From: Stylophora pistillata
Lineage: Eukaryota
Direction of reading: 5' to 3'
Length of the DNA stretch: 64,000 nucleotides
NCBI RefSeq assembly: GCF_002571385.2
Contig: NW_019217906.1
Location: forward strand, 134,956-198,955
Shown: in pieces, positions 1-11,286 of the stretch
How positions within the stretch are numbered: position 1 is the stretch's first letter
Layout of the letters: the number at the start of each line of letters is the position of its first letter
Notes under the pieces: model-generated
Database searches by the model: none
The model's input: the letters and a program-made list of their open reading frames with translations, nothing else
Told to the model about the DNA's origin: nothing
Made by a program: the position numbers and the translations under genes

Positions 1-66
1 TATACAAAGAAATGTATACTATTTTGGAGGGAAGTGCTGATGGAGTATTGTAATGCTGATTTTATG

Positions 67-260
67 AACGACGGTGAGCACAGTAGGGCACTCCATCAGG
101 ATTTGGCCACCGTTTCCGAAGATCTTCCACAACACAGACTGGCATGACCTTTCAAACATCTTCCACGTAACATCCCAATGCTTCCTTCCTGGCTATGTAA
201 ATAAGATCGCGCTATAAACCGTGGCGGTTTAGAATTGTATAAAAACATCTATTGTCGATC
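67..260 (-). pseudogene. Decayed fragment resembling the P2X7 C-terminal-like (nanor-type) accessory protein of KolobokP-type transposons
   Basis: A minus frame reads ...YIARKEALGCYVEDV*KVMPVCVVEDLRKRWPNPDGVPYCAH. This resembles the 'RxVLPSCVVxxIRxxFPxPDGxYxGF' terminal motif of that family. It has an internal stop and a frameshift. Recognised from memory only. Confidence 0.35.
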
Positions 261-1110
261 TCTTGACTAATGAGCTCGTGCTGCAGCTCGACACATGTTG
301 CCGCTGCATTTTCCGTGGCTTCCTTGTCTTCGGAAACTGTCAAAGAAAGCAAAATTAGAATGATGCATGAGAACATAACCTGTTTTGAACTGGTAAAGCG
401 CTGTAAGGACATCGTTCGAGAACGTTGCAAATGGCGGGTAAATATATGTTTCGGCAAACTAAAAAACCCATAAGATTTTGTAGCTAGCAGAAAAGGGCAT
501 ACAACTTAGATTAAAAAGTATGACCCAAAATATGGCCTTGAATTATTTATCCGTTTTGCGAGTTCCCGATCATTGGAAACAGCACTTTGAATATTATTTA
601 TGTAACACGGTCTGACAGTGTTATACAATACCCCCTCGGATCGGACTTGACATTACATTGGCATATACAGTGCGAATAGTGGAATAATATCAGTTTGTAA
701 TCTTGTTGTAAATATGATTCTTTGAAGAGCCAACTTACCCTGGCGTTGATTTTTTCTTTCGTGGTATCTCTACTCGAACGATCTCCCCGTTGTTCACGGT
801 AAGCCAACCGTTCAGTTCCTCGATTAAACTTTCGTCTAATAAAATTCTAATCTGTGAAGTACTACTTGGTATTAGCTAAAGATATTTCAATTCTAAGGCA
901 AGTAAAGACAGGAAAGGCACAGCAATTCTCGTATACCTTACCTTTCGAGTGTTCAAATCGGCCGCCATTTTAAATTTGATCCGCGCACGTCAATGGTGAG
1001 TGACAAATTAGCGCAGGTCTTCCCAGGGAAGACTTCCTTGCGTTTGCACATGACGTCACAAATTTCGCGGGAAAGTTGAGTCGCCATATTGGTGTTCCAC
1101 ATTTTTCAAC

Positions 1111-1955
1111 ATGGCGGGATATCCTCTCTCTGATTATGCGAACACGCTCGATCCCCACGTGAAAAAACGTTATTTAGAGAAGATTTCTTGTGTTGGAATC
1201 GATCCTCTCTTGTTCTCAGACAAAAAATACGATCCAGAGTGCCTGCCTCTGGTCGAATCGATGGATTTGTTGTTGTTTTTGGTGATTGACACGAGTTATT
1301 ACAGTAAAGACTATTTTAAGGCGTATAGAAGTCTACAGAACATGGTTGTAAACATGAAAGTGTTGCTATTGAAACTTATGAAAAGATCATGAAGGAAAAG
1401 CACATCAACTTTCAGGTAACGAAATGTGGCACGTTTATCAATAAACAATATCCATGGTTACATGCCACACCTGACGTTTTGTGTAGGTGTGATTGCTGTG
1501 GGAATGGATGTGGGGAGGTCAAAAGCCCCTATTGTTTAAAGGATATAGACTTGGAGCTGTATATTAACAAATACAACTCATGCCTACTTTTACCAAATCC
1601 AACAGTAAATATTCACTGCTGAAAAGCTTTATTGTGACTTTGTTGTTTGTGGTTTTCGTGAGCAAATTGATCTCTTCTGTGAAAGAATTTTGCCTGATGT
1701 CAGACACTGGCACTCTGTTGTTTCCAAACTTAATCACTTCTGGAGATACTGTGTGCTACCAGAAATTTTGGGAAGGTGGTATACTCAAAAGTGAAGTTTG
1801 TCTCATTCATCCCCTTATCCCAATTGTTTTTGCTTGTTTTTGCAGACTGGCAGCTAGAGGGCCTGTGGTAACATGCACAAACCAAGCATGTCCCATCTCT
1901 ACTTTTCATTTATCTTGTTTGAAAATTACAAAAGTACCTAACAAGTGGTTTTGTC
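1111..1955 (+). pseudogene. Fragmented YqaJ-like (lambda-exonuclease fold) + PHD-finger transposon accessory gene
   Basis: N-terminal Y..L....KKRYLEKI...GIDP motif; YqaJ core [37 protein letters not shown]; PHD CFCR...VTCTNQACPISTFHLSCLKITKVPNKWFC. Split over three frames with deletions; runs into the N gap. Confidence 0.75.
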
Positions 1956-2495
1956 NNNNNNNNNNNNNNNNNNNNNNNNNNNNNNNNNNNNNNNNNNNNN
2001 NNNNNNNNNNNNNNNNNNNNNNNNNNNNNNNNNNNNNNNNNNNNNNNNNNNNNNNNNNNNNNNNNNNNNNNNNNNNNNNNNNNNNNNNNNNNNNNNNNNN
2101 NNNNNNNNNNNNNNNNNNNNNNNNNNNNNNNNNNNNNNNNNNNNNNNNNNNNNNNNNNNNNNNNNNNNNNNNNNNNNNNNNNNNNNNNNNNNNNNNNNNN
2201 NNNNNNNNNNNNNNNNNNNNNNNNNNNNNNNNNNNNNNNNNNNNNNNNNNNNNNNNNNNNNNNNNNNNNNNNNNNNNNNNNNNNNNNNNNNNNNNNNNNN
2301 NNNNNNNNNNNNNNNNNNNNNNNNNNNNNNNNNNNNNNNNNNNNNNNNNNNNNNNNNNNNNNNNNNNNNNNNNNNNNNNNNNNNNNNNNNNNNNNNNNNN
2401 NNNNNNNNNNNNNNNNNNNNNNNNNNNNNNNNNNNNNNNNNNNNNNNNNNNNNNNNNNNNNNNNNNNNNNNNNNNNNNNNNNNNNNNNNNNNNNN

Positions 2496-2680
2496 TTCAA
2501 GTTGTCCCTGTGCAACAACAGACAAATAGCAGTGACTGTGGAGTATTTGCTGCCACCTTTGCTACATGCCTTGCTTATGGTATACACCCTGAAACAATGC
2601 AATTTGATGTCCCTAAAATGAGAAACCATTTATATCAGTCTTTAAAATCTGGTGTATTGAAAATGTTTCCTAAATTTTAG
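2496..2680 (+). pseudogene. C-terminal fragment of a Ulp1/C48 cysteine protease, probably transposon-borne
   Basis: VPVQQQTNSSDCGVFA matches the Ulp1 catalytic Q-Q-x-N-x-x-D-C-G motif, followed by FD..KMRNHL...L...FP. The 5' part is in the gap. Confidence 0.75.
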
Positions 2681-2779
2681 ACTGCTTAAGGTACATCTAC
2701 AGTTAAAAAATTTTTGGAGAGAAAGAATACCCACTTTATTATAGTGAAAATAAAATAGTTGCCCGATGCAATGGACCTG

Positions 2780-3090
2780 CATACTTGAATGCTCAAGATG
2801 GAGGGTAGGGACCCAGTCTACGTTGAATCGATCCCAATCTTTCGCAGCTTCTTCTGAAACGAAGTGCCGGCTGCAGACCCTATCGCGTTCTTAAATATCA
2901 TCAGTTAAGTCATCTCTACTTATCGCACAGATCCACATTCTTCTTCGCTCAGAAGTAAGTTCTTCGGTGTACTCTCCTTGACTATACTGAACACGTGGGA
3001 CACGAAAAAACATTACTTTTTCGACGTTAGACCCTTTCTTCCCTGTTTTTTTTCCACAGCTAATGACAAGGCAAGGGACTGTGATAACGA
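2780..3090 (-). pseudogene. THAP zinc-finger N-terminus of a transposase (disrupted)
   Basis: CLVISCGKK...FFRVP...[30 protein letters not shown]...DWVPTLHL has the THAP C2CH pattern, W and terminal (W)VPTL motif, with one in-frame stop. No DDE domain follows. Confidence 0.8.
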
Positions 3091-3415
3091 AAATATAAAT
3101 ATTACACGATTGTCTTCTCAAAACCGTAAAATGTGCTCCAAATGTTTCCTGTCACAATACTCAGAGCTGATTATCATGGAACACCAACATGGCGGATGAA
3201 GTGGGTTACCATGACGATAAAGAAATTTGGTCACGTGAGTGAAAACAGCGCGCCATCGTGTTTAAGTTACACAGTAAAATGGTAGAAAACGGAAGTGGTT
3301 TCTCCATAATTCACAACGCTGTTATCATTTTAGCAAGGTTCGAAAGAATACGGTTTGTTTTATTATAGAAGCAGAAATGGGTTTTAAACACAGATAAAGG
3401 ATCATTGGAATAGAA

Positions 3416-6400
3416 ATGTCTTTCGCCGTGATTTATGCAGGTAACGTGACATCTAGTCGACTCGTCGAATCGTGCAGAACTTAATTTTTATAACGTCTTA
3501 TAAACATCCAATTCAGAGTGTACAGCCACGCAAATAATAATTCTTGATACTTCTTAGGAAGAATTTTACAGTTGTATTGTTTGAGCTGTCGCTAAGTAAT
3601 ATTTATCGATGTACGCGAATTTAATGTTATTATTAAACCACCTTCATAATGGTAATTTCAGTTTATCGTTAGCGAACCTTGACTACATAAACATAGAAGA
3701 ATCCATATAAAAGTATTTTTGTTTGGCCGTACTGACGAGTTTGACACTAAAAACTGCACCTTATTCTGTCGCTAAGTAATATTTATCGATGTACGCGAAT
3801 TTAATGTTATTAGAAAACCACCTTCATAATGGTAATTTCAGTTCGTTGTTAGCGAACCTTGACTACATAAACAAAGAAGAATACACATAAAAGTATTTTT
3901 GTTTGGCCGTACTGACGAGTTTGACACTAAAAACTGCACCTAAGTCTTATTTTTTATCGGCACCAACATTTTAATCTCAGAACGCATAGAGTGAAGCCGT
4001 AGCTGACTTGCTAAATGTGCTCGTTTTTAAGAAAGAGATCAGTAGTGTAAATTACCGAGAATTTACGTTTAAGACCGAGGTAAACATTCCCACACAACTT
4101 TTTTGATTTAATTTGTCTGCCATTTTCAGGGTCTAAGTTACGTTCGATCCAAACAGTTTTAAGAAGCAATTTAGAGTTCATAGAACAGTTCTCTCTGTGC
4201 TTGGATCGAGAAATGAGATCGATACCAAATTGGAGACACTTGGCAGCAGAACTTGAGGTCGACGTGGATGTAATCAGACGCTTAGAACAGTACCGCGACT
4301 TCAGTCCTACCATCCGATTATTTGAATATCTCGAGCAGAAACGACCAGATTTGACAATTAGACATCTAAAAGACGCTTTTGTGGAGATAAAGAGAAACGA
4401 CCTTGTAAGGTTGCTGGCCGTAGAAGGTATCATTATCGAGACAAATTGTAACTGCCCCTTGGAAATAATAAATAACCGAGGGAAATCAGGGAAATACTAA
4501 TCGGCATGTGTGCTGAGGTTTGTTGCTTTTGATTGGCAAATTTTGGAAGGAAGGTGGCCCCTTCACCATCCTCATAGGTTGAAGAAACCATCAGAATGAA
4601 TTTTGAAAAGCTTTTTTTTCACTCCTTTATGATACAGCTTGTGTGGTTGTTTGTTGTAGCTCTCATGAGATAGTTTTGTCAAATGCTAACCGAAACCAAT
4701 ATCCAAAGTGTACTGGCTTTCTTCAGCTTATGACTGTTGTGAGTCGTGGTGAACGCGCTATAGTTAAATGTTAAATGCTAGACATAAGCTTTCTTTTCAA
4801 GGTTAAAAAGCGTATTTTTATTTTTGATTATATAAATGATACAGTGCAAATTCATTCAAGTTATGAGTTATGGTGCAAGTGCAACATGACTGAAGTTTAA
4901 GAGAAGGCAAGAGAGGATACTTTATCCTGCTTTGGCGAAGCTCTTCGGTTGTGTATACATTCTATGTTTTCTTTGTGAAAATCAGTGTTTCCTCTGTATT
5001 CTAAATTTTTTCAACTTATCTTTTAGCCAGTTCTGGTGACTCTGAAAAAGTCAAAGATGCAATTAGAGCTGATCTTTTGGACGAAATTGCCTTGGCTTTG
5101 GACGATTCTTCACTGGTTCTGTCAAACTGGAAAACCTTGGCAGTGAAATTGGGTGTGTCCCGAGATGCTTGCCGGGAAATGGAGAGACAATCGATGGAAA
5201 GTCCAGCTGGAAAACTGTTCCAGTATTTGGCTACCTCTCTCCCAGAAATGACGCTTTCGAGTTTGAAAAAAGCTCTGGAATCTGTTGAGAGGGGGGATCT
5301 CATTAATTTCCTTCTGGAGCAGAACCTAGGAGGTGATGAGCGTGTATATCGGAAAAAAAAAAAAAAAAAAAACCTAATAAGAAAAAAGGAAATTTTATGT
5401 CACTGAGGCCTGAGTTTTTTTTTTGAATACAAACCTTGTGATCCTGGTCTAGTGAAGGAGGTAATTACAGGAAAACTTGTAGGCTTTTATATTAGCTATT
5501 GCACCAAATTAATAGCAAATTTTGGTAAGGTATGAAAAGCCTGGCATTCTACAGAGAAAGTTGACGAACTATGATCTCATGATACATTTGTTGTTCTTCA
5601 GATGATGTGGTTCTTAAGAATATTATCGTCCCTGGATCGGACCTCCATGAAAGGATGACCCAAGAACTTAATCGTGAAGGACCTGGCATCAAAAACTGGA
5701 GACATGTGGCATCGAAGCTGAAAATCCCAGCTTATGTATATGGAAATTTTGCTGACTTTGAGCAAACCAGGAAAAGTCCTACAAAAAAAATCCTGGAATG
5801 GGTGGTCGCTCGGTTTCCTGGAAAAACATTAAGTGATCTTGCTGAGGCATTAGATAAGATTCAGCGTAATGATGCCATTCAGATAATATCAAAGTACTAT
5901 CCAGACACAGTTGGTGAGTGCATTACTGCCTAAAGAGAACTTTTAAGCCTCGCAGAAAAAATTGTTTCATTTAACTTGTCTGTTGGCATTCTTGCAATTG
6001 CACCATCAGCCCAATGTACACATGTATGCTGTCGCTATTATGATATTTATTCTTACATGTAATTAGGGGTCTTGTGTACGCAGGTTGATATCATATGTTG
6101 AATATGCATGAACTTCTACGCATCCCATGTGCAGAGAATGGTTCAAAGAACCCTGGACAGTTTTTATGGATCGTCTAATTTATCTGTTTCAGATTTAGCC
6201 CTAGAGAAACTAAGTAGTTCATCCCAGGAGAGCGTTACAATGCCAGATTCAACAGATCAGGTAATATGCACTAGCCACAAAAAGACAGAACATGGTTCAT
6301 CCAAAGAGAGCTTTACAATGCCAGATTCAACAGGTCAGGTGCTGTATACTAGCCACAAAAAGGCAGAACATGGTTCTCGTCCCAGTCAAGGTAAAAAGAA

Positions 6401-9400
6401 CATTATTTCACGACAATTCCGTTATGTGTGAATGTGTTTTTTAGGAAATATTTAGCGCTTTGTTAGCATTATAGTGATTGCACCATCAGTCCATATTGTA
6501 GTCAAACGTCCAACACGCTACATGTCGTTTAATCGATTTCACGAAATGTACAATATAAGCGAAAAGCGATGCGAAGCAAGCGGTGGAAACGTTGTATGAC
6601 TAGGACAGCTAGGAACACGAAAACGAAAAGCGGAGAAGACGGTAAGCGAACTGGACAAATGAAACGTGGCGATGGCAAAGCACAAGTGAGCTAAAAAACG
6701 CATGCAAAAAGGCATTAACGAGACGAAATTATGCGAAAACACCCAACAGAATATTGATTAGGTAAAGGCGAAGAAAAAGACAAAGAATGCGATAATGAGA
6801 GGAAAAAATGCGCTTACAAACGAGAAAACAAACAAAAGAGACAAATACAGCCATGCGGCGGTAACAGCCCAATGTGCACATGTATGCAGTCGACATTATG
6901 ATATTTATTTCTTACATGTAATTATGGGTCTTGTGTATGCAGGTTGATATCGCATATTGAATATGCATGGACTTCTACGCATCCATGTGCATTGAATGGT
7001 TAAAAAAACCTGGACAGTTTTTATGGATAGTCTAATTTATCCGTTTTAGATTTAGCCTTAGAGGAACTAAGTTGTTCAATTCAAGAGAGCTTTACAAAGC
7101 CAGATTCAACAGGTCAGGTGCTATATACTCTGGGGCGGATCCAGGATTTAGTCAAGGGGGGTTCGGAGAATTGTCCCCATCCGGAGGAGTCCGAGATTTT
7201 GAAAATTAGGTCTTCGGAAACATGATTTCCAGCGTTCTGAAGGAAAATTTAGGGGGTTCCACCGAACCACCCGAACCACCCCTGGATCCGCCCTAGATAC
7301 TAGCCACAAAAAGAAAGAACATGGTTCTCGTCCCAGTCTAGTTAAAAAGAACATTATTTCACGACAATACCGTAATTTGTGAATGCGTTGTTAGGAAATA
7401 TTTAGCGCTTTTAGGGAGCTTTCAGTCGGTGAGTGCATTGCTACCTCAAGAGAGCACGATGGTTTAAAAGAGTCTATTGGGTCTTGCAGAAAATTGTACG
7501 TTTTTCATTAACTTATCTGTTCGCGTTCTTGCAATTGCACCATCAGCCCAATGTGCACATGTATGCAGAGGACACTATGATATTTATTTCTTACATGTAA
7601 TTATGTCTTGTGTACGCAGGTTGATATCGCATATTGTGTTTGCAAGTTGATATCGTGTATTGAATATGCATGAACTTCTACACATTCATGTGCTTTAAAT
7701 GGTTAAAAAAAAACTGACTAGTCTTGATGGATAGTCTAATTTATCCGTTTCAGATTTAGCCTTAGAGGAACTAAGTTGTTTAACTCAAGAGAGCTTTACA
7801 ATGCCAGATTCAACAGGTCAGGTGCTATCTACTAACCACAAAAAGGCAGAAAATGGTTCTCGTCCCAATCAAGGTAAGAAAATCATCATTTCACGAATAT
7901 CCCGTAACTTGTGAATGTGTTGTAAGGAAAGTGGTTAAGAAGTTCAGAACGATTTCTGTCGGTATGTTTCAATTAGTGCTTTAAGGGAAAAGCTCTTGAA
8001 AAAAATTATAATCCTAGTTAGGAAAAGTATCTTTGAAGGATGCTACGTACTTTGCACCAGAGAAACAATGATAATGGGGTTATAGTTCTATTGCAGTGTA
8101 AGATTTTCTCTTCCCCACTTGATGTCTTAAAAAATCTCAGTCTACATTGCGGCATAAAAGGAATGATATTAGTATGCACTTATTCAAAGTCCATGACAAG
8201 GGCAAAGGAAGGAGAAAAGCTTGCTTCGGTTTCCTAACAGGGAAATGATAACTCTTTGCTGGTTAGCAAAGAAGGAAAGTTACTTAAGTCATTTATTACA
8301 TCCATTTTGAAATCACTGGTGGTCCCTGTAATCTGATTGGCTCTAACTGGTGCGATTTATTCACGAATCGCACCATTTTTTGCTCTAAATCGCATCTTTT
8401 TTCCAATCAATGAGGAAGTTACACTTAAAACAAACAACCACTCAGATTTCAAGGCTTGTTCAAAGTGATCAATCAAATTGCAGGAAAATGAAAGACAAAG
8501 AGTATCATTTGGCAAACTTTGCAACTTTTTTGCTCAGTCAGTACTGCATCAATAAAATATTTGGATTGACTAAGTCCTGTATTTCAAAATGGATGCAATA
8601 AAGTGGTAATTAAACCTTGTGTCGTGCAATTTTGGTCTGAAATCATACTTGTGATTTCAAATCACGCGTATGATTTCAGCCCAAATTGCACTCCATTCAG
8701 TTCAATTATCATTATGTATGTCCCCTTTATTCCCTTTTCAGATGTAAAAGTGGAGGAAGAATCTGGTTACTATGGAGGTTTGTCAGATCGAACAGTTTTA
8801 GTGGGCGGCTGCGATACTTGCGAAGGCTTCAATGTTATATATGCTTTGTCCTTAAAAACGGCAGATGTAATTGTTGAAGAAGAAAATCAGAAGATTGTGG
8901 TGATGGCCTCTACATTTCCGTTCGGATTCACGCAAGAGCAATTTGAAAAAGTCTTTGGTTTACCAGAAGCTGATAATTTTCAAAAGCGTCTGAATTGCTT
9001 TAAGGAAAGTAATCTCCTTCGCTACGACAGAAGAAAGTGTCAGTATTTCCTTAATCGTTCCACTATAGATTTCTTGTCCTTGAAGCCCTATTACAGAAAA
9101 GCCAAATCAATTTTCACTCGTCACTACAGTGACTTGGCTGTATCCCTTTGCAAAACATTCTTGACTAAAGATTGCAAGACAGCAATTGATCAGTACAGAT
9201 CTGAAAAGGACAACATTCGAGAAGCCATGGCTTGGTGTGGAGGTGATCATCTTGAGCTTGAACAAACCGTAAGAGAACGAGCTATTGCCGCGTTCAATGA
9301 AGCAGCTACATTTCTTGCCAAAGTGATGCCCAAACAAGAGTTTCAGTCGCTCTTTTACAAGCTTGCTTGTCGATGTGCCTTTCACATGCAACTTCGTTGT

Positions 9401-11286
9401 GCTTGCTTGACTAACATTGGAATGAAAGTTGTGTTAAGCTGTACATGTACACCTTATATTTGTCCAAGAGCCTTAAATCAAGCAAAGGAAATTTTGACTC
9501 GAGCAAATGAGCTTCAGTCAACAGCTAAAGGTGTTTGCGACGCAACTCGTGCCCAGTGCTTGAGCAAGCTTGGATTCTGTTATGTTCGCGAGGGGCGCGT
9601 TGAAAAGGGTTTTGAATACATCGACGTTGCTTTGAAATTGCGAAAGGAGAAAGCAGAGAAATCCAAGAGGAGCAAAGACGAAGTCATGTTGGCCGCTTGT
9701 ATCAATGATTTGGCAGGTTTGTGACAATTTCCTTTTTATTCTATTTCATTTTTTTCATCATATTAGATATTTACGAATGAACAGTATTGAGAAGGAATTA
9801 TTTGAAACATGTCATCTCCATTTAATCTATGCTGTAAAACCTGTTGATTGTATATATAGGATCCACTGATATTTTGGGAGAGCTTGGCAAAGCATAGCAA
9901 GATCAAAATTGCTTAGGCGTCGTACATCTACAGAGATGGTGGTATAGGTTCGTATGTAGAAAGAACTAAACAGCCCCACCTCACTCTAGTTTCCTAAATG
10001 GCTCTTAATTGTTAAGGTTAGAGCAGGTCTCAGAAGAGAAAAGCGCAATTTTGAATAAAGGAAGTCGGTATGTCATTGAACTCCTTAAATTTATCACTTT
10101 ATTTGTTTTACTTTTAGCTTCTCAAATGGTGCAGCGAAACCATATGCTGGCTATCCATACAAGGCTGCAACATGTACTTCCTGTTTATGAAAAGAACCTC
10201 GGTGACCATCCGTTTACGGCAACGACAATCAACTGGATTGGTAACAGCTACCACGCTTTGGGCGACTACGATAACGCCATTAAATATATCGGTAAATCCG
10301 TAGAGATGCGAGCAAAACTTTTGGGGCCTCATCAGGAAACAGCGAGGTCTCTTTACGATCTAGGTGTAGCCTTCACTGCGAAACAGAACTACGAAACGTG
10401 AGTAAAGATACTCTGCTATTTATTATTCAGCATTTTATAGATCCCACACCCTCTCATCAAAAGTTAACAGCAGAAGGGAGAATAAGGAACCTCGACACGA
10501 CGGCATACAAAAACCTTTATTAATATGAGCATTTGCTCCTTCTTGTAATTAATATAACTCTGTCAAAATTTCAAGCCTAGAGGAGCACAGTCATTTCCAT
10601 AAAAGGCCAATTACGTAGTTGCGTGACGACGACTTGTTAATGTGTAATGTAGCGCAGACAAGTGTGATGCTCGAGCTAGCTGTCGTTTTACTTGTTGACT
10701 CACTTCCTATGTCTTATTATCTGGTTGTGCTGCTGCCACGTGAACCTCCTTGCATTTTGAACCTCCTTGCATCTTGAAAAACTCCTATGATTGATCTAAA
10801 GCTGAACTATCTGTAAGTCAAAATTATACTGCGAATGTGTTTTCTCCCTTTTTTGCACCGTAAGGCTATGATTTGAACAGCAAGACGGACGAACACTGTC
10901 TTTCTTGAATGGTTTCTACTCTTTACAGATCTTAACATTCAATTTAGATTTCATATGTATAGCAATGTATCAGAAAGATGTCAGTCTCTGACACCTAAGG
11001 AGAAAGAACTTCGAGGAAGTGCTTCATTTACCACTGTATCTATTTCAGTGCCCTTAAATATCTTGAAGAGGCAGTTGGTTTACAAGAAGAAGTATTAGAC
11101 ACGTACGACGAGCTGATTTACACTCACCAAGCCATGTCCATTGCCCTTCTTGGTCTTGGAAGAATCGAGGAGGCGGAAGAAGAAATGAAACGCTCGGTTG
11201 AGTGTGCGAAAAAGTTAGATTCTTGGGAAGCTCCTTCAGAAATGATCGGAACCCAAGAACTAGAATTCGACTGGGAGCATTTTTAA
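3416..11286 (+). CDS. 3x Death domain - (NTPase-deleted STAND remnant) - TPR protein, paralogue A, ~916 aa
   Basis: Exons 3416-3440 (tentative start MSFAVIYAG), 4130-4426, 5027-5332, 5602-5913 (three Death domains with NW..LA..L and SP(T/A)..L(F/L)..L...R.D), 6193-6390, 7754-7873 (linkers), 8742-9716, 10118-10397, 11049-11286 (TPRs with LGDHPFTATTINWIG; stop TAA). All introns are GT-AG, the frame is open, and the exon layout matches paralogue B. Confidence 0.85.
3586..3942. repeat. Tandem duplication, 2 x ~180 bp
   Basis: ctgtcgctaagtaatatttatcgatgtacgcg...aaaactgcacct occurs at 3586 and 3766 with few substitutions. Confidence 0.95.
5945..7925 (+). repeat. Triplicated intron + linker-exon unit within paralogue A
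   Basis: Three copies of ...cagcccaatgt(a/g)cacatgtatgc...agATTTAGCC...cgtccca(g/a)tc: exon copies at 6193-6390 (with an internal 78-nt duplication), 7050-7341 (MITE-interrupted, donor lost) and 7754-7873. Confidence 0.9.
7129..7297. mobile_element. MITE inserted into the second linker-exon copy
   Basis: 17-bp TIR tct(g/a)gggcggatccagg. The empty site in the sister copy (gtgctgtatactagccac) implies a TAC duplication; an imperfect 8-bp ctatatac/ctagatac is the alternative reading. Confidence 0.85.
8290..8714. repeat. Non-autonomous element with subterminal IR + terminal hairpin
   Basis: IR tttattacatccattttgaaat (8292-8313) / atttcaaaatggatgcaataaa (8581-8602), followed by the palindrome gtgcaattttggtctgaaatcatac...gtatgatttcagcccaaattgcac. 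Confidence 0.7.

Larger units (their letters stand above)
1037..3250. mobile_element. Internally deleted, decayed ISL2EU-like (PIF/Harbinger-related) DNA transposon spanning the assembly gap
   Basis: Subterminal inverted repeat cgccatattggtgttcca (1082-1099) vs tggaacaccaacatggcg (3177-3194), 17/18 match. Weaker outer similarity (tttgcacatgacgtcacaaatttc / gaaatttggtcacgtgagtgaaaa). Convergent YqaJ/PHD (+) and THAP (-) coding remnants lie inside. The two halves are separated by a gap, so a single element is inferred. Confidence 0.55.

Noticed and set aside
1910-2629. Long ORFs spanning the N run
   Set aside because: Artefacts of translating the gap; PHD and Ulp1 cannot be assumed to lie in one ORF.
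3586-3942. CRISPR-like or regulatory array
   Set aside because: A simple two-copy intronic duplication with no repeat-spacer structure, in a eukaryotic context.
7050-7341. Second linker-exon copy as a coding exon
   Set aside because: It is interrupted by a 169-bp MITE and its donor GT context is lost.
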